Under the pieces are notes generated by a model. It had not been told where the DNA came from and made no database searches. It was given only the letters and a program-made list of their open reading frames with translations. The translations under genes and the position numbers were made by a program. Positions 48,201 to 59,474 of a stretch of DNA of 64,000 nucleotides are shown piece after piece. Origin of the DNA: Neoechinorhynchus agilis (Eukaryota; Animalia; Acanthocephala); the NCBI GenBank assembly GCA_051530055.1, contig CM121341.1, forward strand, positions 4,814,784 to 4,878,783. Direction: 5' to 3'. Numbering within the stretch: the stretch's first letter is position 1; the number at the start of each line of letters is the position of its first letter.

Positions 48201-50447
48201 AGCACGGGAAATTAGTGTTGGATTTCTCAAAAAAACTGATAATTCTTTCAAATATTTGCTTTTCAACGATTACGTTTGGTTGAAGTTTCAATTAACGATG
48301 TTTGATTCAGAAAAATAGATTTTATTGAAAATTTTCGGCTTTTTCGTTTTCTTTAGTCAATTGTTTTCGCTCTTAAGAAGGCCAACGAAAAGGCTGAAAC
48401 TTTTCAGGATAAATCTATACGCAAGGGGCACTGGGATCGTCAGCACAAAACTTCTGCGCTGAACTCGGACGACGGCTCACATCCTGCACAGGAGAGCGGC
48501 GCGAAAGGACTTTCTTAATCCAAAGCACGGGAAATTAGTGTTGGATTTCTCAAAAAAACCTGATAATTCTTTCAAATATTTGCTTTTCAACGATTACGTT
48601 TGGTTGAAGTTTCAATTAACGATGTTTGATTCAGAAAAATAGATTTTATTGCAAATTTTCGGCTTTTTCGTTTTCTTTAGTCAATTGTTTTCGCTCTTAA
48701 GAAGGCCAACGAAAAGGCTGAAACTTTTCAGGATAAATCTATACGCAAGGGGCACTGGGATCGTCAGCACAAAACTTCTGCGCTGAACTCGGACGACGGC
48801 TCACATCCTGCACAGGAGAGCGGCGCGAAAGGACTTTCTTAATCCAAAGCACGGGAAATTAGTGTTGGATTTCTCAAAAAAACCGATAATTCTTTCAAAT
48901 ATTTGCTTTTCAACGATTACGTTTGGTTGAAGTTTCAATTAACGATGTTTGATTCAGAAAAATAGATTTTATTGAAAATTTTCGGCTTTTTCGTTTTCTT
49001 TAGTCAATTGTTTTCGCTCTTAAGAAGGCCAACGAAAAGGCTGAAACTTTTCAGGATAAATCTATACGCAAGGGGCACTGGGATCGTCAGCACAAAACTT
49101 CTGCGCTGAACTCGGACGACGGCTCACACCAAGGCGGCGCAAGGACTTTCTTAATCCAAAGCACGGGAAATTAGTGTTGGATTTCTCAAAAAAACCTGAT
49201 AATTCTTTCAAATATTTGCTTTTCAACGATTACGTTTGGTTGAAGTTTCAATTAACGATGTTTGATTCAGAAAAATAGATTTTATTGAAAATTTTCGGCT
49301 TTTTCGTTTTCTTTAGTCAATTGTTTTCGCTCTTAAGAAGGCCAACGAAAAGGCTGAAACTTTCAGGATAAATCTATACGCAAGGGGCACTGGGATCGTC
49401 AGCACAAAACTTCTGCGCTGAACTCGGACGACGGCTCACATCCTGCACAGGAGAGCGGCGCTAAAGGACTTTCCTAATCCAAAGCACGGGAAATTAGTGT
49501 TGGATTTCTCAAAAAAACCTGATAATTCTTTCAAATATTTGCTTTTCAACGATTACGTTTGGTTGAAGTTTCAATTAACGATGTTTGATTCAGAAAAATA
49601 GATTTTATTGAAAATTTTCGGCTTTTTCGTTTTCTTTAGTCAATTGTTTTCGCTCTTAAGAAGGCCAACGAAAAGGCTGAAACTTTCAGGATAAATCTAT
49701 ACGCAAGGGGCACTGGGATCGTCAGCACAAAACTTCTGCGCTGAACTCGGACGACGGCTCACATCCTGCACAGGAGAGCGGCGCGAAAGGACTTTCTTAA
49801 TCCAAAGCACGGGAAATTAGTGTTGGATTTCTCAAAAAAACCTGATAATTCTTTCAAATATTTGCTTTTCAACGATTACGTTTGGTTGAAGTTTCAATTA
49901 ACGATGTTTGATTCAGAAAAATAGATTTTATTGAAAATTTTCGGCTTTTTCGTTTTCTTTAGTCAATTGTTTTCGCTCTTAAGAAGGCCAACGAAAAGGC
50001 TGAAACTTTTCAGGATAAATCTATACGCAAGGGGCATGGGATCGTCAGCACAAAACTTCTGCGCTGAACTCGGACGACGGCTCACATCCTGCACAGGAGA
50101 GCGGCGCTAAGGTTTCTTAATCAAACACGGGAAATTAGTGTTGGATTTCTCAAAAAAACCGATAATTCTTTCAAATATTTGCTTTTCAACGATTACGTTT
50201 GGTTGAAGTTTCAATTAACGATGTTTGATTCAGAAAAATAGATTTTATTGAAAATTTTCGGCTTTTTCGTTTTCTTTAGTCAATTGTTTTCGCTCTTAAG
50301 AAGGCCAACGAAAAGGCTGAAACTTTTCAGGATAAATCTATACGCAAGGGGCACTGGGATCGTCAGCAGAAAACTTCTGCGCTGAACTCGGACGACGGCT
50401 CACATCCTGCACAGGAGAGCGGCGCGAAAGGACTTTCCTAATCCAAA
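48201..50447 (+). repeat. Composite satellite, about 323-bp unit x7 (MITE-derived part plus CRE-like RLE coding part)
   Basis: agcacgggaaattagtg at 48201, 48524, 48848 and onward. Each unit encodes TQGALGSSAQNFCAELGRRLTSCTGERRERTFLIQ. Confidence 0.95.
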
Positions 50448-50557
50448 GGATTAGCCTCGCAATCCAACGAGGAAACGCCGTCATCGTCCGAGGCACGATC
50501 TCAGCTTAAAATAAAACACTTTTGAAAAGACTTAAAATTTATTTGTTCGAAAAAAAA
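50342..50557 (+). mobile_element. 5'-truncated CRE-like retrotransposon 3' end with A-tail, inserted in a MITE arm
   Basis: TQGALG...LIQRISLAIQRGNAVIVRGTISA* (stop 50507-50509), short 3' UTR, A8 at 50550-50557, then the interrupted arm resumes (ttctgaatcaaacat). Confidence 0.85.
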
Positions 50558-51184
50558 TTCTGAATCAAACATTATAATGAATAATTTCTTTACAAAGGTT
50601 GACGTTTGCAAGATGAACTTTGTTTAGCGGACTCTAAGAAAATTGTTTATTTGGCAGACGTGAAAAATTGACAAAACCTTAACCTAGATGATTAAGAACA
50701 ATAAATCGATCACCGATTTAAGAATAATAAAAGAAGCAATCGCATAGTTAATTCATATTTGGCCGAAATTTACCGGCTTCTTTTATACTTTCAATTGATT
50801 TCTTTCCAAATATTTCTTTGCTCCAAATTGAACGATACTCTACATAGTAGAAACCGTCTTAGGTAAAGTAAATGTGAATCGATAATCTGCTATGTCTAAA
50901 GAACAAATCGAAAAATTCTAAGAAACTTTAAGTACCGTTGCTGATAAACTCAATTCAGACTACTCTTCACTCGACATAAATTCCTTTTTAAAAAAGAACG
51001 GTGGTGATTGCACGTTTTGTGCTTTATTATTGTGAAAATTTTATACTTAAATCTTCAAGCCGTTTGGATCGTGTTTACAATCAAAAATGTTGTAAAGATG
51101 TTCATCATTTTAACTTATAACGAATTATAATAATGAAAGCAACTCTTTCATTTACACAACAACAAAACGTTTCAACAATCACTA

Positions 51185-51350
51185 CCGTCCACGAAGAAGA
51201 GGCATCGCCTCAGTGGTCGCAACCACACTCGCTGCGTTTCCCTGTTTTCTATCGCGAGACCAATGTTTTGGCTTGTATTTCTTGTCTTGGCTCGGAGTCT
51301 ACTCGATAACTCCTTCGTAAATCCAAGTGCCGAGCTACACCTTAAATTTT
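51185..51350 (-). mobile_element. CRE-like RLE C-terminal fragment
   Basis: SSALGFTKELSSRLRAKT..SQNIGLAI, frameshift, then QGNAASVVAT, matching ISLAIQRGNAAS. Confidence 0.7.
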
Positions 51351-51802
51351 TTGTTAGATATTCTTCGTTGAATTTAAAAAAAGTAGAAAACCAATTTTTT
51401 TTTCAATTTTTTGATGTTTCTCCCTAATATTGTTTTCGAGAAAAAAGGATTTTTTAAATCTTGAAGTCGTTGTAACTTTCTTAGTGAACCAAATCTATAG
51501 ATTTCATTGTGTTTTCCACTTCGGACTCAAATAATTTTTGAATTTAGAACAAGAAATCAATTTTTTTTAAGCTCTGCAACATCGTTTCATGTTTAAGTTT
51601 TGTTTTTCATGGATGCTTTTTATTTCCTAATTCACGTAGATGAAACCGAGGCGTCCAACTGCGACGACCTTTAAAATTTTTCTAAATGCTATTGAGTTTT
51701 TGAGAGAAAAGTTGATATTTGTAAGAGCGATTGAGTGATTTTTATATGTAACCGCTCAAGCATTTCCTGTGGCGTTAACTCACGCAGACACGCAAAACGT
51801 TT

Positions 51803-52897
51803 CTATATATTGGCAGTTCGTCTGGCCTTTAGAATGGTAGCTCTTAAGAAAAACTGCCTTCGAGCCAATTCTCTGTTTTGTCTAAGAAACGTGTCCAAAT
51901 TGATCAATTTTTTCCGTTGGATTTCACCCAGCAGATAGAGAGCATCGTGGATGGCACAATCCTCAGCGTGGGATTCGAATATTTGTTTGTATACTGGAGC
52001 CGTAGTGACCATAATTTCGTTGATTCTTTTTGCAGATTCGTATGAGTCACTAGAATCGGACGAATTGATACACGACTGATTTTCCTTCTGAGAGCAAATC
52101 GTTTTCTCAAGTTTAGGGATTGCTTCCTTAAGTCGTTCGATATATTCCGTAATTCTTAGTTTTTCTGCACGAATTTCTTCTAAATGCGAATCGATCCTTT
52201 CCGCTCCCATCACTAAATCCTGTTCGGCCTTTACTAACAACGACAATTCTTTAGCTTGATCGTGATAAATGTTAGAGATCCGCCGGCGACCAGCGTCCAT
52301 TGCTGCACTCATCAAACTCGTTTTTATGACCGAGTCTGGAAGTGCAGGGAATGATTTTGGTACTTGGGACGAAGTAAACTCATTTACTGCCGGATACATA
52401 CTTGATGGTGTTGAAGTTCTTGAACCATCTTCGAGCGGTTTAGTGCTAGCATAAACGGGCGTATGGGTACCGAATTCGGTCGATAGGGCTTGGAGGAGAG
52501 TGGAGAGGTCACTACTGGGATGTTTCCATTCTTTGAGGAATTTGAGCGCAATTACTCGTCCGCTGTTGGAATCAATTGTCGGACACGTTGAACTAAGAAC
52601 CATTTGCTTGGTTGGCTTTACAAATACCTCAGGATGAGTGTAAGGAAACATTTCCGGAAGCTCGATCGATAGTGGAATATTGTATGTTGATGATCGAAAC
52701 GTGATCGGTAACAGTCCAACAACTTTGATCAACCGCGCCGGCGTGTGATTGAGGCTGAATTTTGCGTAAGGAGGCCTAATGGCCGCCATGAGTTCCCTTT
52801 TGATAAGTTGCTTGTATTTGTGATTCGATTTTTGAACTGCCCGATCAATGTCGTTGCCTGTATGTGAAGCATTCATCTTCAACGATAATTTGAACAT
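51803..52897 (-). CDS. TSG101: ESCRT-I subunit TSG101/Vps23, intronless
   Basis: UEV domain (GLLPITFRSSTYNIPLSIELPEMFPYTHPEVFVKPT, LKEWKHPSSDL), coiled coil, and steadiness box (AEDCAIHDALYLLG...LDTFLRQNRELARRQFFLRA). Confidence 0.95.
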   Translation of the reverse strand: MFKLSLKMNASHTGNDIDRAVQKSNHKYKQLIKRELMAAIRPPYAKFSLNHTPARLIKVVGLLPITFRSSTYNIPLSIELPEMFPYTHPEVFVKPTKQMVLSSTCPTIDSNSGRVIALKFLKEWKHPSSDLSTLLQALSTEFGTHTPVYASTKPLEDGSRTSTPSSMYPAVNEFTSSQVPKSFPALPDSVIKTSLMSAAMDAGRRRISNIYHDQAKELSLLVKAEQDLVMGAERIDSHLEEIRAEKLRITEYIERLKEAIPKLEKTICSQKENQSCINSSDSSDSYESAKRINEIMVTTAPVYKQIFESHAEDCAIHDALYLLGEIQRKKLINLDTFLRQNRELARRQFFLRATILKARRTANI

Positions 52898-53219
52898 TTT
52901 TTGTGACGGCTATAAAAGACGGGTGATTCTATTGTTCAAACAAATATATATAACGATTTGGAAAAACTATTAAAAAACAGAGGAAGATCTAATTCCCAAA
53001 AGATAGACGGACTTTAAATGAATGTTTGTGGATAGCGATTAGGTCATCTGTAGAACGATAATGCGGATTTGTTCTCTAATTAAAGATAGAATATCCACAT
53101 TCTCGACGCTAACCGTCGGCATCCATCGATGAAAGTTGCTGGATTAATAGATTCGGTCGGGATTTTTTCGTTCAGGTATTCAGTAGTCGAATTTTTAGTA
53201 TCTTAATCCGTCGAGCATT

Positions 53220-54295
53220 TGTCGGGTCGGATTCTTAGTATCTCAGTCGGTCGGACATTTTTCGGGTTGGATTCTTAGTATCTCAGTCGGTAGGGCATTT
53301 TTCGGGCCGGATTCTTAGTATCTCAGTGGGTCGGGCATTTTTCGGGCTGGATTCTTAGTATCTCAGTTGGTCGGGCATTTCTAGGGCCGGATTTTTAGTA
53401 TCTCAGTCGGTCGGGCATTTCTAGGGCCGGATTCTTAGTATCTCAGTTGGTCGGACATTTTTCGGGTTGGATTCTTAGTATCTCAGTCGGTAGGGCATTT
53501 TTCGGGCCGGATTCTTAGTATCTCAGTGGGTCGGGCATTTTTCGGGTGGATTCTTAGTATCTCAGTGGTGGGCATTTTGGGGTTTTGGTCGGGCATTTTT
53601 CGGGCCGGATTCTTAGTATCTCAGTCGGTCGGGCATTTTTCGGGCTGGATTCTTAGTATCTCAGTTGGGAAGTATCTCAGTGTCGGGCATTTTGGGCGGA
53701 TTCTTAGTATCAGTCGGTCGGGCATTTCTAGGGCCGGATTCTTAGTATCTCAGTTGGTCGGGCATTTTTCGGGTTGGATTCTTAGTATCTCAGTTGGCGC
53801 ATTTTCGGGCCGATTCTTAGTTCTCAGTCGGTCGGGCATTTTAGCGGATTCTTAGTATCTCAGTTGTCGGGCATTTTTGGGCCGGATTTTAGTATCAGTC
53901 GGTCGGGCATTTTTCGGGCCGGATTCTTAGTATCTCAGTCGGTCGGGCATTTTTCGGGTTGGATTCTTAGTATCTCAGTTGGCGCATTTTTCGGGCCGTT
54001 TTGTTGTGGTGGGTTTGATTCTTAGTATCTCAGTTGGTCGGGCATTTTTCGGGCTGGATTCTTAGTATCTCAGTCGGTCGGGCATTTTTCGGGCCGGATT
54101 CTTAGTATCTCAGTTGGCCAAGCATTTTTCGGGCCGGATTCTTAGTATCTCAGTCGGTAGGGCATTTTTCGGGCCGGATTCTTAGTATCTCAGTCGGTCG
54201 GGCATTTTTAATGCTGGATTCTTAGTATCTCAGTTGGTCTGGCATTTTTCGGGTTGGATTCTTAGTATCCTAGTCGGTCGGGCATTTTTTGAGAT
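53220..54295. repeat. Minisatellite, 40-bp unit, about 27 copies
   Basis: tctcagtcggtcgggcatttttcgggccggattcttagta with period 40 (53241, 53281 and onward). Confidence 0.97.
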
Positions 54296-55574
54296 GTCCG
54301 TTTCTCAATTAATCGACATGTCAAATATCCCATTTAGGATTGATCCAAAAATACAAGTTTTGTGGACTACAATGGCACTCATAAAAAGTTCCAGCTACCA
54401 AAAAAGAAGCCATAAAACCGGTAAACTACCTTAAGCACGGAATTAAATCCTTTCAAACTTCTCTCGGTTGTAATATTTTAGCTTTTTACTAGAGAAAGGT
54501 TACTCAACGCTCGAGTATGTGACTTTTTTTATCACGAACAAAAACCTCTATAGAGCGATAATTTTTTAAAATTTCAAACGAGACGACAACGTGAATTTAC
54601 CTTTTGGTTTTATCTGAACGATGTCTAACGGTTATAGATTTCTTTTGATTTGGGCGAAAACTGTGCGCCAATAACAAGACGAAATCTCGTGCGTATCTAT
54701 TTTTCCATTTTGTTTTTTAATAAACATTCCGTCTAAATATTTGAGTACTTTTCAAAAACAACAATTCTCGAAAACCAAAGTGGCATTTGAATTGTTTACG
54801 ATTTTTTCGTTTATATTGAAACAAAAGCAATTGGCATTAGTTTACAATTTAAATAATATAAACTTAATTTTGGTATCACATTTAAATTCATTAATTTCCC
54901 TTATTTTCCCATGGATTGTTTATTTTAAAACGGAATAATGTTTTCTTTGAATTCTTTAACGAAATATCTGAAAAATAGACCAAAATGATCTTGTGATGAG
55001 TATACAGAGAAAATGAAATCTTCGAACCATTTCAGCCAAACGGAAAGTTATAAAGATGGAATCTTTTTAAGCAGGCGACATCTAAGACTAAAAGCACTTT
55101 CCGTCGATCTAAAAGGATTCTGTCGTAGTTTGACTACATTAGGAAATGATGAATTATTGGTACGTTTAAAAACCAATCAATTGTCAAATTGATACGCTTT
55201 TTATCAAATATCCATGATATTTATCAATCGCTTTTTTAGGTTTTTGGTGTATTGATCCAATTGAATGCTTTGTTCATTGAGAAGGACTTTTGCGAATGAC
55301 AAAATTGATTCCTTTGTTTGTTTTCCCTTTTTATTTTGCACTGTGATTTTAACCCAAATCCTTCATTGCAGTAATGCGAAAAAAAGTTAAAAGATCAATT
55401 ATCTTTAAAGGTTAACCATAATCATTTGAGTTTCTAATCATTCAAAGGAACCGAGTTCGATCAACCATTCCTTTATGGTCCATAAACTGATTCAACACTG
55501 TCCACAACCAAAAGGTGTCGAATGTTTAGTTGGCTCCTCAGTTTCTGAGAAAATACCATTTGATCGATTTTAAA

Positions 55575-56610
55575 AATACTGCCCAATTTTCTTGGATATC
55601 GAGACCCGAAGCGAACCTGAGGAGAGACCCAACCTCACAAACTCCCCAACAAACAATAAAAGCCAACTTTCCTGATCCAAACGAACCCGCAATCCACTCC
55701 AAAATCTAGAGCTACACTCATTTATCCTATCAGATCTCGCAATTCCCTGTACCTCCGCTCCTTTTTGCATATTGTACAATTTTCTTGGATGCCGAAACCC
55801 GAAACGAACCTGAGGAAAGACCAACCTCACAAACTCCCCAACAAACAATAAAAGCCAACTTTCCTGATCCAAACGAACCCGCAATCCACTCCAAAATCTA
55901 GAGCTACACTCATTTATCCTATCAGATCTCGCAATTCCCTGTACCTCCGCTCCTTTTTGCATATTGTACAATTTTCTTGGATGCCGAAACCCGAAACGAA
56001 CCTGAGGAGAGACCCAACCTCACAAACTCTCTAGAAAACAATAACCGTCAACTTTCCCGACCCGAACGAGCCCGTTATCCACTTCAAAATCAACAGCCAC
56101 ATTCATTTGTACCTATCAGTACTCGCACCTTCCTGTACATCCGCTCCTTTTTCCATACTACCCAATTTTCTTGGATGCCGAGATCCGAAGTAAACCTGAG
56201 GAAAGACCAACCTCACAAACTCCCTAGAAAACAATAACCGTCAACTTTCCCGACCCGAACGAGCCCGTTATCCACTTCAAAATCAACAGCCACATTCATT
56301 TATCCTATCAGATCTCGCAATTCCCTGTACCTCCGCTCCTTTTTCCATACTGCCCAATCTTCTTGGATATCGAGACCCGAAACGAACCTGAGGAGAGACC
56401 CAACCTCACAAACTCCCTAGAAAACAATAACCGTCAACTTTCCCGACCCGAACGAGCCCGTTATCCACTTCAAAATCAACAGCCACATTCATTTATCCTA
56501 TCAGATCTCGCAATTCCCTCTACCTCCGCTCCTCTTTCCATACTGCCCAATCTTCTTGGATATCGAGACCCGAAATGAACCTGAGAAGAGACCTAATTTC
56601 ACAAACTACC
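55575..56610 (+). repeat. About 192-bp LINE-tail-derived tandem repeat, about 5 copies
   Basis: Unit translates as RARYPLQNQQPHSFVPISTRTFLYIRSFFHTTQFSW, resembling the LINE ORF2 terminal motif R..Y.LR...P..RT..Y..SFF.....W. Confidence 0.88.
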
Positions 56611-57329
56611 CAATCACACCAGATCCGTCGTCCTCTCCGGATCCGTCATCCATACCGGGCTGCTTAACAAGGTTGGACGAATCTGCTCAATAAAGTTAGA
56701 CGAACTTTCAGCTTCAGTGTCGCTCGCTTAACTCATCTCACATCTCCACCCACCCAACCTCACAAACTCTTCTGGAATCAATAACTGATAATTCCCACCC
56801 ATACTGCACCTTCCAAACAGACTAGATATCCCCATACAACCGGGCCCGATTTCCAATCCCAAAGACGTCAATTTTTCTTTCTTTCCTAAATGTTCATGAG
56901 GACCCAAACGGGGACATGAGTATTCTTCGTTGTGCATCAACAACAAATATAACATCTTATTATTATAACCGCTGACTTGGTACACGGGTCCTATTCTTTA
57001 GGCTATAATAAAACGTTGCGGAAAAAAGGAAGGAATTTATTGAATCCAGTATTTCTGAGGAACAATCTTGTGTGTCTTTATCAATGTTGTTTGTAAGTTT
57101 TCTATTAGGTAAGCTAAAAACAACATTAATGAAGATGTGCAAGATTGTTTGTCCGAAATCAATCGGATTTAATGAAATTCCTTTAATTTTTCCGTCCACC
57201 GTTTTTGAGAAAATATCAGCAATAAATTCTAATAACATCGATTTTTCTTGTGAAACCAATAGAACTGAGGATCCAAAAGTTCATACATGGCTAATATTCT
57301 CGGTGCTTTAACTAATAAAATGTCTTTGT

Positions 57330-57753
57330 TGGTCTTCGTTGAGCTGTAACCACCCCGAGAATTAAACATTAATTATTGAATTAAATATTTCGGAACCTGA
57401 GTTCCCTCTTCAAAAAATAATTTACTGAAGAGGGAGGTTCCGAAATATTTAATTCAATAATTAATTTTTATTAATGGCGAATTTTTACCTCCTCGATACT
57501 AGAGAAATTTATTTTGAATTTTCGAGGGGAAATTCAGCTCCTGAATCCAGATAGCGAGATTGGATGACGTCTGACTGAATTTCCCCTTTTAGATGTCTGA
57601 TGAGGAGGCTAAGGCCTCGAGAATTCAAAATAAATTTCTCTACTCTCGAGAAGGTAAAAATTCATTTTTCTGAAGAGGGAACTCAGGTTCCGAAATATTT
57701 AATTCAATAATTAATGTTTAATTCTCGGGGTGGTGACAGCTCACCGAAGACCA
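57330..57753. mobile_element. MITE-like element with terminal and nested internal inverted repeats
   Basis: tggtcttcgttgagctgtaaccaccccgagaatt... / ...aattctcggggtggtgacagctcaccgaagacca, plus internal hairpins. Confidence 0.8.
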
Positions 57754-58195
57754 TAAAAAATGTGTTAATTTTATTGTTGTTTGAACATTGGATTATTGAT
57801 GTATGTTTATGCCGGAAGGAATGTGGGTTAATTCCGATTGTTTTCGTAGCCACAATCTCCTGCCTTCTATATCACGATTGTTTCGAAATTTTGTCGTTCC
57901 TTTAAATTAGGTTGAGCTCCTCCGTTTTTGCAATGGATTCCAACGGAGACCAGTGTACGCAACGTTTTCAGTTTTTGACTTGTGGTTAAGATAATCCCGG
58001 TTAAAAATCATTCTATTGTTCGCGAAATATTTCAAAAGAGGAAACCTCGCCTTATTGTTTCGCCAGTTTTTAAATACCTGAGTTTCTTTCGCTTATCCCG
58101 GATTGCGTCATCATTGCTTCTTGTTTCTTCCAGATCTGTAATTTCATGGACCGAATCCCATTTGATTTATCTGAGAATAAACCAAAAAAAGGAAT

Positions 58196-58562
58196 ATGAT
58201 ATCTAAGCTTCCATTTGACACTCACATGGTTAGTTCTTTACTTTTTCTTGGTTTTCCTTTGATTGTGAGTTTAGGATTTTGTCGGTCAGAAGCGTGCCGA
58301 GCGGCTATATCAGATAGTGATTGTCATTGGAGCCATTGTCGGGTTCATTCATGGATACATTGAACAACGTTTCTCCTTGACGATGTATTATACACTCAGT
58401 GCGATTGGAATCTCGGCACTTCTCGTGGTTCCACCATGGCCGTGGTTTAGACTAAATCCAATTAAGTGGAGAAAAACCAGTTCTGGGAGAAAATCCGGTC
58501 AGCATGGAGCTGGAACTCAACAAAAAAAGAAAGGTCCAAAGGATACAAAGAAAAAAGATTGA
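58196..58562 (+). CDS. SPCS1: Signal peptidase complex subunit 1 (SPC12); exons 58196-58228 and 58275-58562
   Basis: MISKLPFDTHM|DFVGQKRAE...IVGFIHGY..QRFS..LLVVPPWPWFRLNPIKW with a 46-nt GT-AG intron. Confidence 0.93.
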
Positions 58563-58599
58563 ACTTTTCCTCTCTCAAAAAGCGACTTTTTCAACATTC

Positions 58600-59075
58600 G
58601 TTAAAACAGTTTGGCGGATAAACTAAAAAAACCCAATGTGATTTATCCAGATTTTAAAGCTGAACTACACACATCAAAGTTCTCAACATTCAAGGGAGGG
58701 GAAAGTGGTTAAAAAAAGGCAAAATTGAGGTAGAAATCCATAATTTTTGTTTTGTTGTTTAAATTACAAAGTAGAACGTCGCTCATTAGAATAAATTTGG
58801 ACCAAACACCATTCAAACAAGAGATTTTTAGCGGAAAAACCGAAAATCCAATGAGATTTTTAGTTTTTAAACCTGGACTACAAATATCAAAGTTCTAAAC
58901 ATTCGAGGGGGGGAAGTGGTTAAAAAAGGCAAAATTGAGGTAGAAATCCATAATTTTTGTTTTATTGTTTAAATTACAAAGTAGAACGTCGCTCATTAGA
59001 ATAAATTTGGACCAAACATCATTCGAAGAAGAGATTTTTAGCGGATAAACCGAAAATCCAATGAGATTTTTAGTT
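58600..59075. repeat. Second array of the about 210-bp satellite (about 2.3 copies)
   Basis: Same unit and orientation as 31420-34565. The first copy is diverged. Confidence 0.92.
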
Positions 59076-59076
59076 T

Positions 59077-59400
59077 GTATACTGGCAGCGTTCCCTCTTG
59101 AGCGCGGTTCCCCCGTCAACCTTTTCGTCCCAATTCGTCGAGGAAAGTGAGCGCTGACGGTCCCAAGGCTCCATACGTTTCCACGGCGAAAGGGACGAAA
59201 TGGTAATTCCTTTGGAGCTCTCTATATTTTGAACGCTTTCGTTCCTCAGCTACGACCGCTGAACCTCCAGGGCTCTTTTTTAGAAAAAGGGAAAATTACT
59301 GGGTCGCATCCCATAAAAGCGGTTTTCCCTCCCGCCAGGTCGCCAGCTTTCTAGGCGGCATAAATTACTCGGACGGAATCTAGAGCTCTACTCAAAATTG
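59077..59400 (-). mobile_element. CRE-like restriction-like endonuclease (RLE) fragment
   Basis: TWREGKPLLWDAT...AEERKRSKYRELQRNYHFVPFAVETYGALGPSALTFLDELGRK...RGNAASI. Confidence 0.85.
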
Positions 59401-59474
59401 AGTTCAAGTCAGCCATTAGCGTCAACTATAGATCCGCAGCGATGCGGCGACCCTCCTGCGATTATCGCTCAAAT

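Noticed and set aside
53526-53855. Hydrophobic repeat ORF in the 40-bp array (likewise 63262-63641 in the 150-bp array)
   Set aside because: Translation of satellite DNA; the 40-bp period is not a multiple of three.
59120-59220. Hammerhead-like ctgacg-gtccc...gggac-gaaa and an RNase P/MRP-like gaggaaagt on the plus strand
   Set aside because: The core lacks the invariant A9 and stems I/III do not close. The minus strand cleanly encodes a CRE-like RLE domain, which explains the GC content.
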